Positions 1 to 10,383 of a DNA stretch of 63,250 nucleotides are shown in pieces. The DNA is from Rhizaria sp. SCN 62-66 (taxonomy: Eukaryota). Position numbers and translations under genes: made by a program. Position 1 is the stretch's first letter, and each line of letters begins with the position of its first letter. The stretch covers positions 62,001 to 125,250 of the forward strand of contig MEDY01000024.1 in NCBI GenBank assembly GCA_001724265.1, read 5' to 3'. A model generated the notes under the pieces. The model ran no database searches. It worked only from the letters and a program-made list of their open reading frames with translations, and was not told the DNA's origin.

Positions 1-341
1 GAGTCAACTGTTATTGTACATTTGGAGAGTTCACTGGCACTCGCACGTGCGCGCAAACTTGCTTTAAAACATGCTAACATCATTTGCTTGCCTGGTTTTT
101 GAGTCCGCACTGACTTTGTAGAGCGCCAGCGTGTTCACTCAATCAGTGTCCACGCTAGAGCGACTGTTAGTGGTAGTGTTTTAACAGTGTTCGAGTCAGT
201 TACATGTCGGGTTCGTTGTTGTAAAGAGTGAATCTTCATTTTCAGGAGTTTATAAAGTCGTGAAAGATGCACAACAAAGCAACGCGGGCAAGTGAATCAG
301 CTGCTAAGCTACGTTGGCTAGCATATGCAAGAAGAACGGCG

Positions 342-437
342 ATGTCCGGTAAGAAACAGAGGAAGAAACTAACAGTTTAGTCGTTCGTAAGTTTGTTGCC
401 CCTTCCTCAGATTTTAGAGTTGTTTCTTACCGGACAT
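342..437. repeat. Perfect 17-bp inverted repeat with an inner stem (hairpin)
   Basis: ATGTCCGGTAAGAAACA (342-358) is the exact reverse complement of TGTTTCTTACCGGACAT (421-437). Inside, GAGGAAG (359-365) can pair with CTTCCTC (402-408). It abuts the stop codon of the 437-643 gene. Confidence 0.8.
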
Positions 438-643
438 TACTTTTTCCTGCAGTCAGCGCAGCGGACGTAGTCGGGGGAAGACGTGGGAATGGACACGTCA
501 GGCGTGTGCGTGTTCGAGCACGACGGGCAGACCTCCTGCTTGACGCGGCGGCGCGACTTGGACACGGACGTCTCGGACGTGCTCGGGGCGTTAGCAGCGG
601 CAACGCGGTTCTCGTACTCCTCACGGCTCTCACAGCAGCCCAT
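437..643 (-). CDS. Small 68-aa protein with an N-terminal MGCC acylation motif and a CxxC...CxxC zinc-ribbon-like motif
   Basis: GC-rich coding-like island in AT-rich DNA. Reads MGCCESREEY...CPSC...CADC, stop TAA. The ATG at 643 follows a polypyrimidine-CAG acceptor, with a probable 5'UTR intron at 647-833 (GTATGT donor). Confidence 0.6.
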   Translation of the reverse strand: MGCCESREEYENRVAAANAPSTSETSVSKSRRRVKQEVCPSCSNTHTPDVSIPTSSPDYVRCADCRKK

Positions 644-1236
644 GTTCTGGATTAAAAAAAGGAAACGGTGCGCGAAGATAGAACAAAGGGTATTCCATGC
701 GGTGGAAGATGACAGAGTGAGAAAATAATGCGTGGAAAGGCGGGGCAAGGCGGGGAAGAGATGAGGGGAGAGTGCGCTCCTTCGTCCCAACGCCTCCTCG
801 CGGAGATTGAGAAACGAGAGACAAAACACATACGTCACGAAGTGTGAAATCAAAAATGTGTTGTTTTAGTACCACCACATCCGAGACATGGGTGAAACTG
901 AGCAGAATACGTCTTGGCGCGGCGCCGTACTCGTCGCGAGAAACGTAACTTGTCTCCTCTGATCGCTGGCCTGTCTGGCGCCTACCTCTCGCTCGTCAAT
1001 CGGCAGAAGTTAAGCCGTGTTCTCCTTTTTAAAGTGTCATAAAAACCTCCCTAAACAACTCACTTCACTTGCGTAGTTTAACTATATCATAGATCGGATA
1101 ATTATAAAACAAAATATCTCTTTATTCATACCTCAAGTCATCACTATCCCTGCCAAAGCTCGCGCGACCGACTTTTCCCGCGCAAAATCTATCCACAAAA
1201 CAACTTTTGTTTCAATCACTCTGCACGTTCACGCGC

Positions 1237-3922
1237 TTAGTAAGAGCGGCCGTACATGATCCACTTGTCGACCTTGCCGCCGCACTTGATGCACGGGAAC
1301 TGGCAGGGGTCCTCGGCGGGCTGCTCGAAGGGGATGCAGAGACTCTTGGCGGCGCCAGTGAGGGGCTCCAGGCCGGGGGCGACACCCTCCTGCAGTAAAG
1401 AATGTACAGTAAGGCGAAACATGTGAGCGTATGAAACTAAAACTAAAAGATAACGTGAAAGTCACTAGAAAACATATTACAACATAGTACTTCCTTCATA
1501 TCACATCATCCTGAAGCAATATGTCAAGGAATGAAATATTCTTGATTTGATTCGTCTAGTTTCAGCGGATCACGTACCTGGTCGTCGTTGTTAGACTCGA
1601 GCGCGGCGAGCTTAACGGAGTCAATAGCGGACTGCTTCTTGACGTCCTGCTCGCACTGCGCAGTGCCGCAGTGGGGGATGACGGCGAGGCAGCGCTCGGC
1701 CAGCACCTTCATGAACTCGTCCCAAGTCTTGGCCGTCTTGATCGAGCCCAGGTGGGTGGTCTTGGCCCGCTCGTACATCTCAGTCTGGATCTTGGCCAGG
1801 AGCGCAGGCACGGTGGTGGCGAGGTCGGCCCACGCCACGGTGGTCTTCTCGCCAGTGTCGCGGCGGACGAGAACAACGACCTCGTTGGTCATGTCCTTGG
1901 GGCCCATCTCCATGCGCAGAGGCACGCCCTTGATCTCCCAGTGGTTGAACTTCCACCCGGGGTTGTAGTGCTCGGACGAGTCGAACTCGGTGCGGATGCC
2001 GAGCGCCTTGAGCTGCGCGATGAGCTCGTGGCCCTTGGCCTTGAGCGCGTCCTTCTCCTTGAAGTAGATCGGCACGAGCACGACCTAAGAAATGCGGGAA
2101 ATCAACAAAAAGAGATATAGAGAAGCGATATAGAGATAATGTGAGAATTAGTTATTAAATTAGGTGAACAAAGACAGTATGTGCAATAAAACTTAAATTC
2201 ATCGTGAATAGTGGTTATTGCGTGAAGATATTTATCTTAAAAAGGTAATTGTTAGAATCTAGACGGACCTGGATGGGGGCGATCATGGGGGGCAGGACGA
2301 GACCCTTGTCGTCGGCGTGGGTCATGATCATGATACCGAGGGAACGCGTGGTGAAACCCCACGAGTTCTGGTGGACGAGCTGCGCCTCGCCGTTCTCGTC
2401 GAGGTAAGAGATCTTGCACATCTTAGCGAAGCTCTGGCCGAGGTGGTGCGAGGTCGCGGCCTGCAGAAGAAAACAAAAATCACGAAAGATAAATATAAAA
2501 GATATGAGCTCACAGACTGTACAGTGTCACTCAAACAAACAGGCATGCAATTTAAATGCCAAACCCAAGCTTCTCCTGATCATGCATGCGTATATGTCGA
2601 CAAATATGCATTTAAGTGCATTTTCAAGGGACTCCTGCGTACCTGGACGGCGCGGCCGTTGCCGGGGATGTAGCCCTCGACGGTGGTGGTGTACGAGGCG
2701 CCAGCGAACTTCTCAAAGTCGGTCTTGCGGCCCTTGACGGTGTGGCACGCGAGCAAGTCCTTGTAGGTGTTGTGGTAGATATCGAGGATCTGGAGAACCT
2801 CCTCCTCGGCCTCGGCCTTCTTCGCGAAGGCCGTGTGGCCCTCCTGCCAGAGGAACTCGCGCGTGCGGATAAACGGAGTGGGGTACTTGAACTCCCAGCG
2901 GACGACGTTGCACCACTGGTTGAGGCGCAGGGGCAGGTCGCGGTGAGAAGAGATCCACTTAGCGAACACGGGGTACATGATCGTCTCGGACGTGGGGCGG
3001 ATCGCGATGGGCTCGTCGAGCCTGGCCAGGAAAAAGAAACGAAAAAGTGAAATAGAAGACATAGATGTTAGCGTGAGAAGATGAAAGAAAGAAATAGTAT
3101 AGATACATATATTTGAAATGTGTGACACAAATCTAGTCCGAACGAGGAAGATATATGCTGCCAAAAGACTGGTTTGGTGATATTTGTTAAAGACGTACTT
3201 GGTCTTGCCGGCGTGGGTGACCCAGGCGCACTCGTCAGCGAAGCCCTCGATGTGCTCCTTCTCGGCCTCAAGCTGGCGCTTGGCGACAAACATGGGGAAC
3301 GAGGTGTTCTTGACGCCGAGCTTCTTGATCTCACCATCAATGTAGCCCTAAGAAACACGAAAGCAATGTTTGACAAAGAAGAGCATGTTTAGCATATAGA
3401 AGCGCAATATTGACTTAACCCAACATAAAATCAGTATATACATATATGAAAATGCATGCCAGGTAATCTGAATCTTTAAAACCATCATGAGATGACATTA
3501 ATGGAGTAAACATGAAGAACTCGTAAAATGGCAGTCGCCCAAGCGGGCGGAGCTGCGCGTACCTGGATGGTCTCCCAAATGGCGTAAGACCAGGGGCGAA
3601 GGATGTAGCAGCCGGAGATATCGGGGTAGTACTCGATGAGCTCACTGCGGACAACGACCTGCGAGTACCACTTAGCGAAATCGGTGGCCTTGGAGGCGGT
3701 GATACCACTCTTGTTGACCTCAGCGGCAGCGGCAGCAGCGCCGGCCTTCTTGCCGGGGCCCTGGGGAACCTTGGGTTGCTTAGGCGCCTTGGGCTCCTTG
3801 GGAGCGCGCTGGGGCTTGTCCGCGGGGGCAGCGCCGTCGACGGCGGGGGCGGCTGCGGGGGCGGCCTCAGGGGTGGCGGCGGCGGCGGTGGCCGCAGCGA
3901 TGGCCTCGGGATCGGACGACAT
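1237..3922 (-). CDS. Prolyl-tRNA synthetase, eukaryote/archaeal type, 6 exons
   Basis: Exons 3563-3922, 3199-3347, 2643-3021, 2269-2460, 1578-2084 and 1237-1389 join in frame at GT-AG sites. Motifs [60 protein letters not shown] and C-terminal GRSY. Stop TAA. Confidence 0.97.
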
Positions 3923-4922
3923 CTACACACGGACGTGGCGCGCGATAGAACAGTGATTGCGAGTGATGAGCAGCGTGAAAGAGGATAGCAAATCGGGTTG
4001 TGCGGGAATAGGGACACAGCAGAAAGGAATAGTGACGGTGGACGGGCTCGCACGAGTCGAACAGAAAGTTCCCCTACTGTGTGGCGCTTGCGAGGGGGCC
4101 GATACAATACGTCCAGAAACGACCCAGAAACCGAGTTTATGAAGAATCAAATTTCGTCAGCAAAAATAGCGCAGCGCATGCAAGTTAGTTAATGCAAAAT
4201 TACAAGCCGTGTCGGCGGCTAGATGCTCTCGCGGCATGCGGCAATCATCCCACCTCAAAGCAGGTCTCTCAGCTGCTCTCAAAGCCAAAATTGCGCGGTG
4301 GTCAACCTCGCCTAGAGTGGGTTCCTAAAAATTCGTTCCAACCACGAATCGCTTTCAACAACGCACTTTACTCGGCTATCAACGGTATATTTTTATAATT
4401 TCGAATTTTATTTGGATAGACTGTATTTATCAAACGCGTACAATTATGTCCTTCAGTTTTAACTTGAATGAACACGTTGTCATGCAAAAGCAGCCGTGCT
4501 AATGACTTGAAGCGGCAACGGTGTAACTCACGGTCACCGCTTGCCACCGCGGCGCACATCACAGTGACACTCCAAGCAAAGAACACGCATAAGATACTTG
4601 TTTAAGACACCGTCAGCAACTCTGAAATGTTGCATCATGTCTGCTTTAGTTCGGATGGAAACAAAATGTATTGCTCAAACAACTTAAAGTTGCTGTTGCA
4701 TCAACAAGCAGGCGTTTCTTATGTGCCAGCACACACCGCACCTGCTGCAACTTGAAGCTGTTGAGTGCCATCGACTCAGTTGGCTTTCCTTAAACACACA
4801 TGCTCGACCGATATACATTGCTGAACTAATTGACCCTTCATTTGTTCTTACAGCTTCGCATCCGAAAAATCCTAGTGCTTTAACTTAGAGACGTCGAGCA
4901 CACAAGCAGCACCAACGCTGTT

Positions 4923-7900
4923 ATGAGTAGCAGCGGCGGTGGCAGCAGCAATGGCAGAGGCAGCGTTGCTTGGCCCCCCAGCAGTGCTGACAATGCAAAC
5001 AACAACGCCAGCAACAGCAGTAGCAGTATCGCGCTAACCGAGCTACCCACTCAGAGCTCAAGCGCGAGCGCTGCTGTTGTTGGCAGCGGCGGTGGCGCCG
5101 GTGGCGGCGGGCTTCACATGACAGACTCCGACAGCAATGGCACCGCTAGCCACAACGCTCCCAAAGCCGATGTAAGCAAAACCGTCCACAGCAACAGCAG
5201 CGCCAAGAGCAGTCATATTATGATGACAGATAATGACACTGAGACCGAGACGGATGCGAGCGTAGCCCTCGCTCAAGTCGCAAGCTCTGTTGCATATCCT
5301 AACGGCAGCAGAGCTGGCGAAATAGCGGCAACCGTAGCATCCCTCTCAAAGGCTGCGACGACTTTAAGTGTCACAGAGCGTGAGAACGCTTGTGGAAACG
5401 CTCTCGATGCCCCGGTACTGCCTCCTGCAGCAGCGGCCGCACTTGCGAACACACTGCTTGCTCGGTCATTCACGTCTTGGTACCACGTCGGCCCCTCTGC
5501 AGCCACGCTTCACAGTCAAGTTGCTCCCCACGGTCACTCAGACGCCCATGGTTCCTCTGACCGCGCGCACCGCTTCGGCCCGCTCAACGACAGCAGCATC
5601 CACGGGGACGGCAGCGGCATTAGCGCGCCGCTCAGCGTCCGCGGGGGGATTAAGGGTGTGGCAACCAATGGTGGATCTAAGGGCACGACTGCAGACAGCG
5701 GCCGCGTTTTTGGATGTTCGCACTATCGCCGCTCGGTGTTGGTGTGGGCGCCGTGCTGCGGTCAGTTTGTGCCGTGCCGCTACTGCCACAACGAAGCCGT
5801 TGCCGGCGAGCATCTGCTTGAGGCGCCGGCAGTAACGCAAGTGTTGTGTATGCCATGCGTTGAGGCGCGCGTCGGCGCCATTGCACACAGGCTTGTCAAC
5901 ATCTCTATTACAGGAAACAACGACAACAGCGGCGATGACACGGATGAGACGAACACCGATCTCAACAATAACAGCAACAGCAGTCTGTGTGCAAACGCCA
6001 ACGCAAGTTCTTGTGAGACGAGCGTTCCTTTTGCCGTCAACGGGAATAACGACACGCGTAGTGACACCAAAAAGCGGAGCAATTACTACTGCGCGTGTGC
6101 CTGCAATGTCTCTGGAGCTCGCGCGAGCGCTGAAAGCGTTCTGAGTAATGCGGGCGCTGGCCTGCCGCGCCCGCCTCCGTTGCCTCCAACTGCGAGTGGG
6201 AACCGAAGCGAGCTTGCTCTAAGTGGCGACGGCAGCAGTGTACACGCGACTAGTGACAGTGTGAACACAAGCTCTAGTCGTGGCTGTTGTCCTTTTCCCT
6301 GTTTTTCTCGCAGCAAGAGCGTTTGTAGCAATATTAACAGTGACGATAACTGCAATGATGATGCTGAGAGTTTTGTGAACGGGCCTGGTACAAGCATTCT
6401 CGCGGCCGCTGCAGCCGCAGCTGCTACAATTTCAATTGATGTTAGCTTTGCTCGGCCTAACGCGAATGCGATGAGTGATGCGAGTACCGCTGGCGCTCAC
6501 ACAAACAAGGAATGTAAGTACTGTCGGTCTCGCCGCTTGGCATCAACGTCTGCCTTCAACACACAGGCAAACGTAGACGGGAATCGCAGTCGTGTCAGCA
6601 GTGCAAACAATAAGAAGGCGAGTGTTCTGTTCTCACAACAAACGCCTCCGGTCACACGTGCCCGCATCATTGCAGCGTCAGCTATCGCGTCGCTGCCGCA
6701 GGCGCACTTTGCCACACTCTGCGCAGATCTGTCAAAGCATATAAGCGCCGCGGACGCCGCCAACGTCGCGCTGCCAACGCCGTTCGCCCCGCGCACAACA
6801 CACCCGTTTGTCACTGCAGCCTGTGGCGGGGCAGCCGCGGCGTCGCTCCCGCCAGCCGCAGCCGCCGCGGCCGCCGCGGCCGCGTCTAGTTCTCCGCCGA
6901 CCTCGCCGACGACTAAGCTTGCGCCGCTGCCGTGGCCAGTAACAGCCGCAGCTGCCGTCGCCAACACGGCGTTGTTGACGCCCGCGCTACTCTCGCTGCT
7001 GGGCGTCTCGCCGCAGCCAGTCGCAGCGGCGTGCCGCGACTGCAGCACGGGCTTCGGTGCGTACACGTGCCTTCCGTGCCGTTTGTTCGACGACGAACCG
7101 GGGCGCGCGATTACTCACTGCGACAAGTGCGGGCTCTGCCGTCGCGGCGCCGCGTCAGACATGTCCCACTGCGACACGTGCAACATCTGCTTCTACATCG
7201 TGCGCAACCCGGCGACGGGCGCGGTAATCCGCGCGCATGACGACGCCGCCTGCGTGCCAGATGCGCTCTCGGGCGGCTGCGCCGTCTGCTGCGAGGCCTT
7301 CGCGGAGTCGCGCCGCCCGGTGCACCGCCTGCGCTGCGGACACGTGCTACACCAGAGCTGCTTCCGCCGCGCGGCCGCCGCGGGCGGGACGCAGTGCCCG
7401 ACGTGCCGCCGGTCCACGCTGCTGCAGTGTCCGCAGTTGCTGTGGTCAGAGATCGACGCGTACTTGTCGCGCACGCAGATGCCGGAGCAGTGGCTCGGCT
7501 GGGTCGGCACCGTCAGCTGCAACGACTGCCAGTGGCTGGGGCCAGTGCCGTGGCACTTCACGTACAACAAGTGCGGCGGCTGCGGCGGCTACAACACCTC
7601 GGTTCTCAAAAAGTCGCCACCGGGCGCAAGTAGTGCCGTCGCCAACGGCGCAAGTGGGCACGGTGACAGTCAAAGCCAGGGTCTAAGCTCAAGTTCTAGA
7701 GCGAGCTCTGGCTCTAGCTCGAGCTCGAGCTCCGGCTCCAGTGGAGTTGACGCAAGCGTAGCTGTAGTGGCAAATGTGGTCGCTAATAACAGTGTGGATG
7801 ACAGTGCTGTGAACGCGAGTGCTGCCCGAGTCAGCGGAAATAGCCAACAGCAAGTGAGTGTCGCAAGCAATAGGCCTCCGATGTCGATGTCAGTGCCGCT

Positions 7901-8627
7901 GGAGGTGGCAGCAGCGGCCGCGGCAGCGACGGTGAGCGAAGTGCTGCGAGCTGCTGTAACGCAGTACCAAGAGCAGCGGCGTCACCAACAGCTGCAAGAA
8001 CAGCTACCGCCGGGGCCGCAATCGCAACAGCAGCAGCTTGCGCAACAGCAGCAGCAGACTCATAACAGTGTGAACAACAGCGCAAATACAAGTAGTAGCA
8101 GCAGTGCTCGCGCTGGACACAGCAACGCTGTCGGTCGGTCGCCGTTCCAGTCTCAGTCGCACGTGCACTCGCACTCACATGCACGCGTACAGGCGCATGC
8201 ACCATCAGTATCGCGGCGGCACCCACACGTACACACGCGCGCACCGGAGCAATCGCCCATAGACTCACACGCACAGTCTCAGTCGCAGAGCCAAGCGCTC
8301 CTGTCGCTGCCACAGCTACCGGCAGCGGCTCCGTCTTTGCTGCAGAGTGAGTCTCAGCAAGACCAAGAGCTTGCGCTAGAATTTGGCCTTGAACTTGAGC
8401 AAGACCAACGCGGTGAGAGCCCAGTAACACATGACACACGCGTGCCCAACACAGGCACACATGCTGCACAGAGCATTGCTGCAGCCGCTCGCACCTCACC
8501 GGTTCCTGTGGCACCCGTGCGTAACTACGCACACACACGAGCGGGCGCTGAGGAAGATGAAGAAAAAAAGGGTGACGGTGGCGACGCGGTTTTGCGTCGT
8601 GATTCTCACGGCGGCAGTCGTGGGTAA
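4923..8627 (+). CDS. CHY zinc finger / RING-H2 / zinc-ribbon E3 ligase, RCHY1 (Pirh2)-like, with long low-complexity regions
   Basis: Single 1234-aa ORF. CHY: GCSHYRR...APCC...CRYCHNE. CTCHY: YTCLPCRLFDD...HCDKCGLCRRG. RING-H2: CAVC...CGHVLHQSC...CPTCRR. Zinc ribbon: CNDC...KCGGCGGYNT. Stop TAA. Confidence 0.9.
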   Translation: MSSSGGGSSNGRGSVAWPPSSADNANNNASNSSSSIALTELPTQSSSASAAVVGSGGGAGGGGLHMTDSDSNGTASHNAPKADVSKTVHSNSSAKSSHIMMTDNDTETETDASVALAQVASSVAYPNGSRAGEIAATVASLSKAATTLSVTERENACGNALDAPVLPPAAAAALANTLLARSFTSWYHVGPSAATLHSQVAPHGHSDAHGSSDRAHRFGPLNDSSIHGDGSGISAPLSVRGGIKGVATNGGSKGTTADSGRVFGCSHYRRSVLVWAPCCGQFVPCRYCHNEAVAGEHLLEAPAVTQVLCMPCVEARVGAIAHRLVNISITGNNDNSGDDTDETNTDLNNNSNSSLCANANASSCETSVPFAVNGNNDTRSDTKKRSNYYCACACNVSGARASAESVLSNAGAGLPRPPPLPPTASGNRSELALSGDGSSVHATSDSVNTSSSRGCCPFPCFSRSKSVCSNINSDDNCNDDAESFVNGPGTSILAAAAAAAATISIDVSFARPNANAMSDASTAGAHTNKECKYCRSRRLASTSAFNTQANVDGNRSRVSSANNKKASVLFSQQTPPVTRARIIAASAIASLPQAHFATLCADLSKHISAADAANVALPTPFAPRTTHPFVTAACGGAAAASLPPAAAAAAAAAASSSPPTSPTTKLAPLPWPVTAAAAVANTALLTPALLSLLGVSPQPVAAACRDCSTGFGAYTCLPCRLFDDEPGRAITHCDKCGLCRRGAASDMSHCDTCNICFYIVRNPATGAVIRAHDDAACVPDALSGGCAVCCEAFAESRRPVHRLRCGHVLHQSCFRRAAAAGGTQCPTCRRSTLLQCPQLLWSEIDAYLSRTQMPEQWLGWVGTVSCNDCQWLGPVPWHFTYNKCGGCGGYNTSVLKKSPPGASSAVANGASGHGDSQSQGLSSSSRASSGSSSSSSSGSSGVDASVAVVANVVANNSVDDSAVNASAARVSGNSQQQVSVASNRPPMSMSVPLEVAAAAAAATVSEVLRAAVTQYQEQRRHQQLQEQLPPGPQSQQQQLAQQQQQTHNSVNNSANTSSSSSARAGHSNAVGRSPFQSQSHVHSHSHARVQAHAPSVSRRHPHVHTRAPEQSPIDSHAQSQSQSQALLSLPQLPAAAPSLLQSESQQDQELALEFGLELEQDQRGESPVTHDTRVPNTGTHAAQSIAAAARTSPVPVAPVRNYAHTRAGAEEDEEKKGDGGDAVLRRDSHGGSRG

Positions 8628-8976
8628 AACGCAGCATCGATTACTGTGAGATCTACGGCGCAGATCCTATCATGTGATCGTACTTTTGAGTATGAATCCT
8701 GATTAAAACGACACCAAAACAATCAAAGCTTATAAGAACCTGAATACACATTTAAAAAAATATCGAGTGACACAGCAAGATCGTCAAGCATATAAATGTA
8801 TCAAGATGTATTTCAACTCGGATGATTCTGGCCCGTGCAAACACAACTCTTGAAAATTGGAGTCCTTGTCATAGCATATACTACACACCAAGCCCATGAG
8901 AGCAAGCTACGTCAGCGGCGCTCCTCCCCGAGACTGTATGATGCTTGTGCGGTGCTGAGGTGAGACAGCAAGCGCT

Positions 8977-9747
8977 TCACTTAGGGGGCTCGACGCTCCA
9001 GGCCTTAATGGCGCGGTCGAGCATCACTGCCAGCTGCTCGGGCGTGCGCGTCTCCGCGAGCTGCAGGATGTTGGCCACAACGATCGTCTGCGCGGGCGCC
9101 TCTGCGTTGACCCACACGCGGCCGTTGGCGCCGATGGCGAGCTCGAACGCGAGCTTGGTGCCGAGCAGCTCCAGCACCGGGTGGTCGTTGTCCATGAGCC
9201 CGCGCGCGGCGCAGCCCGTGGTGGTAAAGACGAACCCGCCGTTGAGGGGGCCGAAGAGCGCGCCCTGGTTCACCCAGTCCGTCTTGACAAGCGGGGACGT
9301 GCAGGTAAGCTCCACCTCAGTGTGCTTGTTCGCCACGCGCACGCGCATGTACATGAGCTGGCCCACCTCGAGGTTCGGCTTGTTGCGCTTCGACGCGCCT
9401 TCGAAAGCTAGCGCGGGCAGCACGGCGGGCTGTGAGAGACCGATATCGACGCGGTAGAGCTCAGAGTGCTTCTCCACGATGGTGCCAATCACCATGTCGT
9501 CGACCTGCGGGTGATAGCGGCGGGAAACGTTGTCCACCCAGAGCAGCTTCGACCCGCCGGCGCCGGCGGCCAGGCCACCGCGGCGGAGGACGCCCGGCGC
9601 GGCGGCGCGGATGCCGCCTGCCGCGGGGCGCAGGAGGCCCAGGCCGGCGCGGTCGGAGCGCTCAGTGACGTCAAGGATGTCGCCGGGCATGACCACCACG
9701 CCGGCAGTGCCGGAAGAAGACGTGGAGGGCGCGAGAGTGGACGCCAT
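8977..9747 (-). CDS. RRP40: Exosome complex cap subunit RRP40 (EXOSC3)
   Basis: Intronless 256 aa. S1 domain RRYHPQVDDMVIGTI...YRVDIG...LAFEGASKRNKPNL; KH domain FELAIGANGRVWV. Stop TGA. Confidence 0.95.
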   Translation of the reverse strand: MASTLAPSTSSSGTAGVVVMPGDILDVTERSDRAGLGLLRPAAGGIRAAAPGVLRRGGLAAGAGGSKLLWVDNVSRRYHPQVDDMVIGTIVEKHSELYRVDIGLSQPAVLPALAFEGASKRNKPNLEVGQLMYMRVRVANKHTEVELTCTSPLVKTDWVNQGALFGPLNGGFVFTTTGCAARGLMDNDHPVLELLGTKLAFELAIGANGRVWVNAEAPAQTIVVANILQLAETRTPEQLAVMLDRAIKAWSVEPPK

Positions 9748-10383
9748 AGGGAGCGGGGCGAGAGGTGAGGCTGGGGTGGAAGAGGGGCTTCGGGAAAAGG
9801 AAAGGGGAAGGGCTAGAATATAGATTACGCGAAAAAAAGTTGTGAATTAAAGATATTTGAGAGTATAATATACGATATGTTGGGGAGGTTCATGGTAGTC
9901 GGAATTAGTTGTGTTTTCTATTAGCTCAAAGAAGAGCCGCCCATGGCTCCCGATCCAGGTCCACCTCCGCGCCCCACCGAACGGTCAAAACGCGCTTGTG
10001 GTGGCAAGAAAATCCACTGATACGCGGTATAAACATTGTGCGAGCGTCTCTCGTTCAGGTATATGGTTTCCAACGCGTGATTTTATATTATCCTAATAGC
10101 GGTCTCTCGTTTTAAGGTGTCAATTATCGTCATGTATCGCGAGTGCCATGCTCGCCCATATCTTACGTCACACAACAAAGAAAAAATCATCACTTAGAAC
10201 AACGTAAAAGCATACGAATATGTAAATGACAATAAGACTAATAAACGTTTGAAAGAAAAAACGAACAAGAAAACTATATAAAATATTCGAGCAAAACTTC
10301 GATAAGTAAAAACAACATCGTTTCGAGTCACATGTAACACGGGATCTAGCTCGCTCTTTGAATGTTGACGCAGCGCAATGTGT

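Noticed and set aside
3923-4110. AG acceptors immediately before start codons (ProRS, also AFG1 and E1), suggesting spliced-leader trans-splicing
   Set aside because: Ordinary 5'UTR cis-introns explain comparable cases (647-833 and upstream of 30500). This cannot be distinguished without 5' cDNA ends.
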